A DNA stretch of 64,000 nucleotides from an uncultured Candidatus Saccharibacteria bacterium. Lineage in GTDB: Bacteria; Patescibacteriota; Doudnabacteria; UBA920. The position numbers and the translations under genes are program-made. This document shows, piece after piece, positions 28,031 to 39,700 of the stretch. The stretch covers positions 2,793 to 66,792 of the forward strand of contig CAZYMS010000004.1 of the NCBI GenBank assembly GCA_964648985.1, given 5' to 3'. The notes below the pieces were generated by a model that saw only the letters and a list, made by a program, of their open reading frames with translations, was not told the DNA's origin and did not search any database. Every line of letters begins with the position of its first letter. Position 1 is the first letter of the stretch.

Positions 28031-28471
28031 TTACGCTTTATGCTTTTTCTTCATGGCCACGTAAGACTTTTGTATGATTTGTTTGAGCACGGTCATGTCT
28101 ACATTGCTCAGCTTGTTTATGTAGAGGCATGAACCGCCGCTCATTTTATGTTTACCAAGTTTCTTCAGAAGACTTGTGTAGTCAGCAAGTCCAAGCATTA
28201 TATATAGAGTAAGGTTTTGCTTACGAGGGGAGAAGCCAGTAAGCGGCCAGACACCTTGTTGGCTGCTGCGTTCGGACTTGTAGTGGTACTTGCCAAATCC
28301 AATAATGCTTGACCCCCACATCTTTGGTTTCTCACCCGTAATGTCTTTGAATAATTTAAGCAGCGCAAGACTATCTTTTCGTTTAGTCTCATCGGGTACT
28401 TGTTTTATAAACTCTAGTACACTCGCACTGGTTTCTTTTGTCTTTATTTCCGTCATGTGTATATTATACAC
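28031..28471 (-). CDS. DUF1801 (YdhG-like) family protein
   Basis: Intact homolog of the pseudogene at 13476..13750. Confidence 0.6.
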   Translation of the reverse strand: MYNIHMTEIKTKETSASVLEFIKQVPDETKRKDSLALLKLFKDITGEKPKMWGSSIIGFGKYHYKSERSSQQGVWPLTGFSPRKQNLTLYIMLGLADYTSLLKKLGKHKMSGGSCLYINKLSNVDMTVLKQIIQKSYVAMKKKHKA

Positions 28472-28556
28472 ATGCTTTACAGACTGTCCATATATTTGTA
28501 CAATGCGGTATTCGATAACTCTAGCTCGTGACTAGGTTCTCTGTCTATTAATAATA

Positions 28557-29468
28557 GTGACATTATATATGGCGATAATATTGGCAATAGTTATAGCGGC
28601 CTTGTTATTACTCGTAATGAGTTTGTTTACTGTTAAGCAACAAACTGCTGCGGTAATGCAACGTTTTGGTAAGTTTGTGCGAGTAGCAAATCCGGGACTC
28701 AATGTTCGTATTCCGTTTATTGAGCATGTTGCTGGCCGCGTTAATTTGCGCGTACAGCAAATAGATGTTGGGGTAGAAACTAAAACACAAGATAATGTGT
28801 TTGTGCATATAACAGTAGCGGTGCAGTATTTCATAGAGCCAAATCGGGTGTACGAAGCATTTTATCGACTCGACAATCCACAAAAGCAAATTACTTCTTT
28901 TGTGTTCGATGTGGTTCGGGCGAGAGTGCCTGGTATAATTTTGGATGGTGTGTTTGAAAAGAAAGATGAAATTGCTAATGCAGTAAAGCAAGAGCTAGAG
29001 GCGGTAATGGCCAATTTCGGATATGGCATTATTAAGGCTTTAGTTACCGACATTGAGCCGGACATGAAGGTTAAGGAAGCCATGAACGAGATAAACGCAG
29101 CGCAACGATTGCGTGTTGCTGCCACTGAGCGCGGTGAGGCAGAGAAAATCTTGAAAGTAAAATCCGCAGAGGCTGAAGCCCAAAGCAAGGCGCTCCAAGG
29201 TCGAGGTATCGCTGACCAGCGTAGCGCTATAGTGGAAGGTCTGCGGGATAGTGTTGGCGAGTTTCAGCGCAGTGTTCCCGGAACTACTGCTCAAGATGTA
29301 ATGCAGCTGGTACTTATGACTCAGTACTTCGATACTCTAAAAGAGTTGGGCGTGAATTCAAACACTATACTCATTCCACATTCTCCTGGTGCTCTGGAAG
29401 ACTTAACAAGCCAAATACGAAATGCCATGATTGTGGGAAATGAAGTTTCCAAGAAGTCTGGACAGTAA
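28557..29468 (+). CDS. SPFH/Band-7 (stomatin/prohibitin-like) membrane protein
   Basis: N-terminal TM then PHB domain 'NVFVHITVAVQYFIEPNRVYEAFYRLDNPQKQI...', with a coiled-coil tail. Confidence 0.8.
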   Translation: MTLYMAIILAIVIAALLLLVMSLFTVKQQTAAVMQRFGKFVRVANPGLNVRIPFIEHVAGRVNLRVQQIDVGVETKTQDNVFVHITVAVQYFIEPNRVYEAFYRLDNPQKQITSFVFDVVRARVPGIILDGVFEKKDEIANAVKQELEAVMANFGYGIIKALVTDIEPDMKVKEAMNEINAAQRLRVAATERGEAEKILKVKSAEAEAQSKALQGRGIADQRSAIVEGLRDSVGEFQRSVPGTTAQDVMQLVLMTQYFDTLKELGVNSNTILIPHSPGALEDLTSQIRNAMIVGNEVSKKSGQ

Positions 29469-29469
29469 A

Positions 29470-30709
29470 CGTAATAAGAAATTGTTATAGAAATAAACAT
29501 GACAAATAAAGTTTTTTCTTAAGAGGAAACCCCGGACAAGCGGCCAGACAAGAAGCGTAAAAGTATTTCTGAGCGTAGCTGCTGTCCAAGAATGAATCGT
29601 GCCCAGACACGCCTCCTCGTCTTGGGGAATGTGTGACTCAAAAACTATGTCAAAACAGAACTTCGCAAAAGCCTTACCGAAACTTCTACCTGGTTGAAAC
29701 TAACACCGACCAAAAACCATGTGTACATTCAGATTGGAATACCACCGAATATCGCCTTAGTGATGCCGTCTCGAGGTTGAAGATCAATGCCAGTATCCAT
29801 ATCCGTAAGAAGCTCAAGTTAATTAGAGAGTTATACTTAGAAAAAGATGGCATGTGGAGTGTTGGAAACTGTATCACCTCGGTCGGTCTTGATGAAGGTA
29901 TAGTCAAAAAGCACATCGAATGGCAAGGCAAAAAAAGAGAAGCCCCGAACAATTTAGTTGTTCTAGGGCTTTTTCTATTTCGCCATGGCAGTTTTCATGC
30001 CGAGTTGGAAACCTGGGAAGGAAGTCGCTGTTGCGGAGGCTATGGTTGCTGGAAGGTGTCGGGTATAAAAGTTGGTTTCTTGCTTGCGCGGTTGGCTTTA
30101 TGGGCAGGGAAGTCGCGAGGGGTGTGTATAACTATGAATTAAAATAAGTACCAACAGAGCTCTTTTTATGTGGACAAGTCAGTACTAAGATTTTACTTAT
30201 ATTGCCTCAATAAGTGCCCAAGCGTGTCATGGGTGGCATGGTTAGAACCATCCAGGGTGGCTGCTCATGAACACTCTTTGGAATATGGCTGCAGGAATTC
30301 AATCCGTATAAAAGTAAGTGTTTCATGGGCTACCATAGGAAAGTATACTTTATATTCTGTACCTTCGGGTGGAATAAAAAAGTATCTCGGTTAGAAATCA
30401 GAATTATGAAATATGTAAAACACATTGCAGAAGGTGTTTAACGAACATGGAAAAAGTTTTTTTGGTGTTCCATGGGGGGGTCGAACAATTTAAAAAGTAA
30501 AATTATAACCTTTTTTGACTTGGGCGCTGCATGAATAATTCCTCATACAACAGGCCCCCTTGTACATAGAAAATAAGTAGGAATTTTCCAGACAGAAAAG
30601 CGAGAATTTCTTATACTTAATATAAGGAATGCAGCTCAAAAAGTAGTGCAAAAAGTCCTCGTTTGAAAGAAAAATCAGAATACAATTTATCAGTTATCAG
30701 ATACAAAAA
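29470..30709. other. 1.2-kb region with no convincing coding potential upstream of the giant gene. Candidate structured RNA(s), a long leader, or a gene remnant
   Basis: The only ORFs (e.g. 29633..30142) encode Trp/Cys-rich low-plausibility peptides. Local hairpins such as CCCAGAC-acgcctcctc-GTCTTGGG occur at 29602-29624. Confidence 0.2.
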
Positions 30710-33700
30710 ATGCCCCACATGCCGTCCGTAGTCAAACTTTTTTTCCTTGCCAGCTGCTTTGTGCTAGCTGGGTTTTTATTTCTAGCAAGTCCAATAAAAG
30801 CTGCTGTAGCTGAGGAGGTCGTTGCATCGTCGGAGACATCGCTTGCAGCACTAGTTCCCACCCAAGAAGTAGCTACAACTTCAGCTGAGGGAGTAGCAAG
30901 TGAGCCAGCTCCTACGGTAGTTGCAGAAGTCACTGTAAGTGAAGAAATAATCGATGCACCTGAAGCAGAAGCTGCCCCAGGTACTGAAGGCGCCGATGTT
31001 CCTGAGGCCACAACTCCAGCACCTGAAGCCAGCACTTCTACCTCCGAGGATGCCAGTGCCCAGGTGCTGATTGTTTCAGAAGCTACGGAGCAAGAAGGTG
31101 CATTAGATACTGCCCCGGATGTTGCTGAAGTTCCAGAAGAGTCGAGTGAAGAAGTGGTGCCCGAAATTATAGCAGCAGGGCCAGAGCAAGTTGCACAAAC
31201 TGAGGAAGCAGCATCAGTTGCAGAGAGCGGTGCGGCCCCAAGTGCAAAGTCCGCTCCAGAGGAAATAATTTCTGAAACTCCTGTTGCGGAAACCCCTGCT
31301 CAAGGCACAGAGATGACACCAGAGGTAGAAGTTCCAGCAGTGGAAGTTGCGGAGACAGCAAGTGAAATTTCTGTGGGAGAAGAATTGCCTGTAGCTGAAG
31401 TTACAGAAATTGCACAATCAACCGCGATTGAGGAAGCGCTAGAAACTGAGAGTGTGGCTCCAACAGTAGAAGAAAATATTTCTGAGACAGTAGAAGCAGA
31501 AACGGAAGTCGCATCTACTGTAGATGCGACACCAACAGTGGTAGAAGAATTTACCAGCAATGGAAAAACAGTGGTGGTATCTTCTACGGAAGAGCAAGAG
31601 CTGGTGCATCCTATGGTCAACGTTCCAGTAGGTACCGACATACCAGAAATATTTCGAGTGGGTCAGGAAGATCAGATAAAAATAAAATGGCAAAACAATG
31701 ATGGTCAGGAAATGCAGTTCACTGCGCTCGACACAAATGACAACGGATATATTGACCGTGTCGAGTGGATAGTGCCGCATCTTTCAACTCAAACGTTTGA
31801 AATTATTTATATTTCCAATGCGTTACTTTTGGACGAACATAAAAATACCGTTGGTGATATATACGGGCTTGTGGCGACGCAGGACCAAAACTATGCGAGC
31901 GTAACCAACGGGCAATTCGTGCGCGTAACATTTGAGCATATCTTAAATGAAAGTAGAGATATTACCCTCTATGCCAAGCCGGCGAATCCAGCAGAGCCAG
32001 CAACTATAGAAGCGTATACCGTAGACGGCCAGCGCATAGCTACGTTTGCAACCATAGACCATGACGGAAAATACAGAATAATTCTTCTGGGACTTTCCAA
32101 TCCTTCCGCAGTGTTCGATTTGAAAGTTACGGGCGCTGTTGATATTGACTTTATTATTGACCCACCGGCAAATGCGTATTGGGTTGGCGGCGCGGGTAAT
32201 TGGTCTGATGCTGCTAATCACTGGGCAACAACATCTGGTGGAGCCCCGGGCGCAGGTAATGCCCCTGATGCAACTAGTAATGTAATTTTTGATGCTTCTT
32301 CTGGGTCTGCTTCTGATATTGTGAATATTGATACCACTATAACTATTGGTTCGTTAGCTATAAATGGTTTTACTGGTACAATTTCTCAAAATGCAGATGT
32401 GAGCATAACTAATTCTGGCGGACAGTCAGGAAGTTATTCACAAACTTCAGCCGCTACTTGGACAGCGCCAGATCCTGGTACAGACACTTTTTCTGCTACT
32501 GGAAGTTTTTCGGTGACAGCTGGAACATTTAGGCGTTACACCGGAACAGGTATCAGCACCGATCCATTCGTAATTTATGACGTTTACGGCTTACAGGCAA
32601 TGAAAACCAATCTCGCAAATTCATATCGGTTAAATGGTAACATTGATGCATCTGTAACTACCGGTTGGAATTCTGGGGAAGGATTTGTACCAGTTGGAAC
32701 AAATATCACAAACTTTACTGGAAATTTTGATGGCGCAGGATTTGTTATAAGCGATTTATTTATTAACTCAACAACTTTAAGTTATGTTGGGTTATTTGGT
32801 TATACTCTTGGTAGTATTCAAGATTTGACATTGACTAATGCAGATATTACTGGTGTCGGGATTGCTGGGAGTAATGGATCCGATGGTGCAGCCGGAAGTT
32901 CCGGTACTACCCCAACTGTTGGTGGTACTGGTACTATTGGCACCGCCGGCAGTATTTTATATATTGGAGGTTTGGCGGGTTATAACGCTGGAACGATTAC
33001 TAATATTAGCATTTCTGGAACTGTAACTGGAACTGGCGGAGCAGGTGGTAATTCGGGTAATGGTGGTGCAGGCGGAAACACTACGAGCGGAGCAACTGTA
33101 TCTGGAGCAGGTGGTACTTCGTTAGCTGGCGGAGCGGGTGCAGTAGTATATAGCGGAGGTTTAATTGGCTACTCTGCTCAAGGTAGCATAAATGATTCTA
33201 GTTCTTCGGCAATCGTAACTGGAACTGGCGGAGCAGGTGGTAATTCGGGTAATGGTGGTGCAGGCGGAACTAATTCTGGTTCTGGTATTGGTGGCGCAGG
33301 TGGTGGAGTAGGTGCACCGGGTGTTGGTGGTATAAGTTATACAGGTGGTCTAATTGGTTGGGTCAACTCCGGTATTGTTGTAACATCTTTTGCAACCGGC
33401 AATGTTATTGCTGCTGGTGGAACGGGTGGTTCTGCCGGTGCGGCAGGCGTGGGTGGTGCTGGTGGTACAGCAGCTATTGGCGGCGCTGGCGGCGCTGGCG
33501 GTACGGGTGCAACTGGCGGCGCTAGTTTTGCTGGAGGTTTGGTTGGAAATAATTTAGGTAACATTCGTTTTGCTTCATATGCGACAGGGGATATAACTGC
33601 TACTGGAGGTACACCTGGGAATGGTTCTGCCGGAGGGACTGCAGGGGCAAGTGCAGTTGCAACTACTGGAACAGCTGCAACAGGGGGCGCCGGTGGCGTT

Positions 33701-36700
33701 GGTGGCGCCGGTGGTATTGCGTACGCTGGTGGTTTGGTTGGGCAAAATAATTCTGATGGTGTAGTTAGCGGTGTCACTGCTCCTAACTATGCGACAGGTG
33801 ACGTAACTGCAACTGGTTCAAACGGGCAAAATGGACAAGTTGGTGGAACTGGTGGGAGTGCAGCAGCCGGTACAGCGCATACAGGAGGTACTGGCGGCGC
33901 TGGTGGAACTGGCGGTGCTGGTGGTGGTGCGTACGCTGGTGGTTTGGTTGGGCTAAATACAGGAGTAATTTTAATTTCAAATTCTAATACTGGAACTGTG
34001 ACTGTTGTAGGTGGTACTGGCGGCGCTGGAGGTACTGGCGGCACAGGCGGTGCGAAAGGATCAAGTGGTTCTAATGGTGCAAATGGAGCATCTGGAACCG
34101 GTGGTTCCGCAAATGTAACTTCTTCTTATGTTGGTGGGTTAGTTGGGAGTAATGTTGGAGCAGTCCAAGATTCTTATTCCACAAACCCGGTTATAGGAAC
34201 CGGTGGTGCGGGTGGTAGTGGTGCAACTGGAGTAAATGGGTTAACGGGAATAGTCGGAGCTACCGGGGGAACTGGGGGTGCGGCTGGTGTTCTATATATT
34301 GGTGGTGTTGCCGGAAACAATACCTTGACTATTACCGGCAGCTATCACACAACTGGAGCAGTCACAGGTACTGCTGGCAGTGGTGGTTCGGCTGGCGCAG
34401 GTGGTGCCGGCGGCACTGGTGCGTTAGCAGGTGCAGGCGGGGTTGCTACAGTGGGGGCAATTATTTATGCGGGCGGCGTTATTGGAAACAACACAGGTAA
34501 TTCTCTTTTAAATGATTACTCAACATCTAACGTCACTGGAACTGGTGGAGCAGGAGGCAACGGAGCAAGCGGCGGAGTAGGCGCTACTAGTTTAGCTGGT
34601 ATAACAGGTACTGTTGGCGCAGTCGGCGGCATTGCGTATGTTGGTGGTGTAGTTGGTTATAGTTCTAATGGTGAAATTTTAGAATCTTATTCAACCGGTG
34701 ATGTAGTTGCTATCGGCGGCGCAGGGGGCACTGGCGGCAATGGTGGTGCCGGCGGAACTGGAGCAGCTTCTACTACTGGGGGTGCTGGTGCAAATGGAGC
34801 TATTGGCGGGGCAGGGGGCGCAGCATTCGGCGGCGGTGTTTTAGGTAACTATATACTAGGTCCAATTGGCGAAGTGCATAATACTGGTAACGTTACGGTT
34901 ACTGGGGGCACTGGTGGTAACGGTGGAGCTGGCGGCACTGGTGGTAACGGTGGCACCAATGCTGTTGGGGGCACTGGTGGTAACGGTGGAGCTGGCGGCG
35001 CAGGTGGTGTGGCAAATAGTGGTGGTATTGCCGGGCAGAGCACAGGTGTTATTAACGGTGTTTCATATTCTACTGGAAATATTACTGCGATAGCCGGAAC
35101 TCCTGGGAATGGTGGAGTAGGTGGTGCTGGCGGCTCAACTACTGCAACTTTTAATGCTACAGCTGCTGCGGCAGGTGGAACTGGTGGTGCCGGTGGCGCT
35201 GGAGCAATTGCCTATGCTGGGGGCTTGGTTGGAAACAATGCTAATACAATTATTAACTCATATGCTAGCGGTATAATTACAGCAACTGCTAGTGCAGGTA
35301 AAGATGGTGCGGCTGCTGGCAGTGCAGGTAATGGATCGGCTGGAGGATCAAGTCATGCTGGAGCAGTAGGTGCAACGGGCGGCGCTGGCGGCGCTGGAGC
35401 CGCTGCTTATGCAGGTGGCTTGGCTGGGTTAAATACTTCTACAATTACAAATTCATATATACAAACTGGTTCGGTAACGGCAACAGGTAGTATAGGGGGG
35501 AATGGAGCAGCTGGCGCTTCTGGTGGTGTTGGCGGTACGAGCGCAATAGGCGGTGTTGGTGGTGTTGGCGGCGTCGGTGGTGCTGGCGGTGTTGGTCATG
35601 CAGGTGGAGTTGCTGGCCATAACAACACTGGTGGTGTTGTTCAAGATGGGACTTATTCAAATGTTAACATCACTTCTCTTGGCGGTACTTCAGGCAATGG
35701 CGGCGCCGGTGGTGCTGGTGGGGTTCGTGCTGTTGGCGGCGCCGGTGGTGCGGTAGTAGCAGGTGCTATTGCCTATGCTGGCGGATTAGTTGGTTTGAAT
35801 ACAGCAACAATTGCAGATTCACACGCAACTGGAAATGTGACAGCTACCGCTGGCTCCGGTGGTTCTCCAGGTTCTGGTGGTAATGGTGGTAGTGGAACAA
35901 CTGGTGCGGCTGGTGGAGCTAGTGGTGCTACTGACGTAGCAGCTTCTGTTTTGCTTCGTATTGGCGGTGCCGCATATGCTGGCGGTTTACTGGGTTACAA
36001 TACAACAAATGGAATAATTCAAGGTACTTCTTATTCCACAGGTGATGCTACATCAACTGGTGGTGCGGGTGGTGCAGGAGCTAATGGAGCCAACGGTGGT
36101 AACTCATCTGGAGCAGTAGCTGGTGCCGCGGGCATAGCAGGTATTAGCGGTGGCGCGGGTGGAGTTGGTGCCGCGGGTGGATTGGTTGGTTGGAATATAG
36201 GCGTAGTGAGCCCTGCTTCTTATGCTCAAGGTGACGTAAGTGCAGCCGGCGGTGTTGGTGGATCGTCTGGAAGTGCTGGTACACCTGGTTCTAGCGGTGC
36301 TGGTATGGCTGGTGTTGCAGGAGTTGCTGGTGGCGCTGGTGGTATTGGTGGTGCCGCATATGCTGGCGGTGTAATTGGATACAATGGTGTTTTAGGTTCA
36401 ACAATTAGTACAGCAAATAATGTGGGCACTGTTGCTTCGATAGGCGGCGCGGGAGCTAATGGTGCTGTCGGTGGCGCTGGCGGCGCCGGGGGGAGTTCTA
36501 CTGGTGCAATTGGCGGAGCAGGTGGCGCTGGCGGAGCAGGTGGCGCTGGCGGAGCAGCTTACGGTGCCGGTGTTGCTGGTTTAAATATTGGATTAATTAA
36601 AGACGTAAATTATACAATCACTACTGTTACAGTTGTGGGCGGCGCTGCGGGTAATGGTGCTGTGGGCGGTAATGCTGGACCTTCAGGGAATATTTCTGGA

Positions 36701-39700
36701 AGTACTGGTGCTACTGCAGGTACAGGCGGCGTCGGTGGTATTGGTGGTGCTGTATTTATTGGTGGTTTGGCTGGTGACAACCCTGGAGTGATTCATAACT
36801 CTACAGTTGTTGGAAGTTTATCTGCAAGTAATAAAGCAGGTGGTAACGGTGGAAATGGTGGCATTGGAGGTGACGGTAGTTTAGGTACGGGTAGTCACAA
36901 TGGTGGTGTGGGTGGACTCGGAGGCGCTGGAGGCGCTAGCGGTGCACTATATATGGGTGGTCTTGCTGGGCAGGGAAATGGAAATATTTCTGACTCAAGT
37001 AGTACTGGCGGAACAATGACTGTCGCTCAATCAGTTGGTGGTGGTAACGGTGGTAATGGTGGTAATGGTGGTACTGCTGGTACTGGCGGCAGAAATGGAA
37101 CTGGCGGAGCAGGTGGTGCCGGTGGTGTGACTGGAGCAATGTTTGTTGGCGGTGCAATTGGGCACAACTCTTTGGCTAATGTTACTTTTGATAATATTTT
37201 TTCGACTAATAATATCGTAATTAGTGCGGACGATGGCGGTGATGGCGGTGCTGGTGCTAATGGGGCAAATGGAGCGATTGGGGGAATTGGTGGCGCCGGC
37301 GGCGCCGGCGGAGTAACTCAGACTACTGCGACAAATGCTGGTGGTTTGATCGGTGATGTGACCGGAGCGGGGACATCGATTTTAAATTCTTATGCTACAG
37401 GAAATGTTACCGTAGTTGGTGACTCTGGTGGGACAGGTGCGACCGGTGGTGCTGGTGGTAATGGTGCTGCAGGTATGACAGGCGGCGCTGGTGCTGTTGG
37501 TGGAGCTGGCGGCTCTGGTGGTTACGTGTATGGTGGCGGTTTAATCGGGTTTACTAGTACTAATGCTTATGTTGGAAGTTCACATGCTACCGGAAATGTA
37601 ACAATAACAGCTGGAAGTGGCGGTGCCGCGGGTAATGGTGGCGCAGGCGGCGCTGGTGGCTCAGCATCAGTTGGCGGGGCAGGGGCTATCGGCGGTGCCG
37701 GTGGTGTTGGAGGAATTTCTAATGTCGGTGGATTAGTAGGATATGCTACCTCTGGTATTATTGTTGATTCATATTCGACAGGGGCAGTACAAGGTACATC
37801 TGGTAATGGTGGAAACTCTGGTAATGGTGGCGCAGGAGGTAGCGGTGGTAGTGGAGCAATTGGTGGCGCAGGTGGTGCCGGAACTGTAGGAGCGGCTGGT
37901 GGAGCCAGTTTTACCGGTGGTTTGATAGGAGATCATGCTATTACTATTGAAACTTCTTACCATACTACAGGTGCAGTTACTTCTTATTCTGGTAATGGCG
38001 GAGCAGGTGGTGCTGGTGGTGCCGGCGGCGCATCGGGAAATATTACAAATGGAACCGCTGCAATTGGCGGCGCTGGCGGTGCTGGCGGTGCCGGCGGTGC
38101 ATTGCACGCAGGTGGTTTAGTCGGTAGAAACAATGCTGTTACCGGTATTATAAATAATTCTTATGCAACTTCGAACGTCAATGGCGTAGGGGGTAATGGC
38201 GGAGCAGGTGGTGCCGGTGGCGCTGGTGGAGATGGCTCAAGCGGGACTAATCATATCGGTGGTGCCGGTGGCGCTGGTGGTGCCGGTGGTGCAGCGGCGA
38301 TTGCTGTGGCATCATCTCTACAAATTGGAGGCTTAGTTGGTAGTAATTTGCTTGGTACAATTACTAACTCTTATGCTCAAACAGGAACAGTAACTGCTAC
38401 AGGTGGTGCCGGCGGGGCAAGTAGCCAGGGCGGTGTTGGTGGCACTGGTACTGGCACAGCTTTATATGGTATTGGCGGTGCTGGTGGTATTGGCGGTGCC
38501 GGCGGTGGTATATATGCGGGTGGTTTAGTTGGTTATACAACTGGTGTTATTCAAACTGGTTCATATTCTAAAACCAGTATTGATGTTACTGGTGGTGCTG
38601 GTGCAAATGGCTCTGATGGCCGTAGCGCTGCCGCAAACAGCGGAGTTGCAGGTAGCGCTGGAGGAGCAGGTGGTGCTTCCGGAATAGTTTATGCTGGTGG
38701 ATTAGTAGGGTATGCGACTTCGGATATTATTTCTTCTTATGCCAGTTTCCATGCAGGGTCAGGCAAAGGAAACATTGTTGTGAATGGTGGTGTTGCGGGT
38801 AATGGCGGTTCAGGCGGCGATGGCGGTTCTGGTTTGGTTGGCGGCAGTGTCGGCGGCGCGGGTGGTGTCGGCGGCGCGGGTGGTGCTGAGACTGGGTCGT
38901 TTGTTGGAGGATTATCTGGCTATATTTCAGCTACCGGTGTAATTACTGATTCTTACTCTGAAAACTTAACTATCACCGGAGCAGAACAACCTGGAGGTGC
39001 AGGCGGCGATGGCGGAAGCGGCGGCACAGGAGTTGGTACTTTTGTCGGCGGCATTGGAGCTGTTGGTGGTGCAGGCGGCGCCGGTGGGGTTCGCGCTTTT
39101 GGCGGTTTAGTCGGTGATAACTTAGGGACAATCCAATCTGGGTCGTATTCAAATGTAAATATTACAGTTGTTGGAGGTGCAGGCGGCGATGGCGGAAGCG
39201 GCGGCAACGGCGGTACCTCTGGTAGTTCTGTATCTTCTGGTACAGCTGCAGCCGGCGGTGTTGGTGGTGCAGGCGGAGCCGGAGCAGCTACGTATGGTGG
39301 CGGTTTAGTCGGCCGTATGTCTGGAACTACTCAACTTTTACAAATTTTAAATTCTTATGCGACAGGTTCTGTAACTGTAGTAGGAGGTTTGGGTGGTAAT
39401 GGTGGTAATGGTGGTAATGGCGGTAATGGATCAACAGGAACTTCTACTCACATCGGTTCCGTTGGTGCGCTTGGCGGTGCTGCAGGTGTGGGTGGTGAAG
39501 CAGATGCAGGTGGGTTAGTTGGAATGAGTAACTTCTCTTCTGGCACAAGCAACTTTTTATACACATATGCCACAGGAAATGTTTCTAGTACAGGAGGGAA
39601 CTCTGGAGCTGCGGGAACATCTGGTAATGGTGGTGCATCTCGCACAACTATAGCCGGAGGTGCTGGAGGTGGTGCGGTTGCCGGGGTAGCTGGTGGTGCT

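Noticed and set aside
29520-30140. Possible RNase P RNA, SRP RNA or tmRNA (motifs 'GAGGAAACCCCGGAC', 'GGAAGGAAGTCGC', 'GGGGGGGTCGAAC')
   Set aside because: Only single short motif resemblances were found. The other universally conserved elements are missing: the RNase P P10-12 'GGTAAGAGCGCACC' element, the SRP domain-IV symmetric loop, and a tmRNA tag ORF ending in ALAA. I kept the region only as a generic ncRNA candidate.
29633-30142. 169-aa ORF in the ORF-poor region
   Set aside because: It has a Trp/Cys/Arg-rich composition and no RBS, and it overlaps likely structured RNA. It is unlikely to be a real protein.
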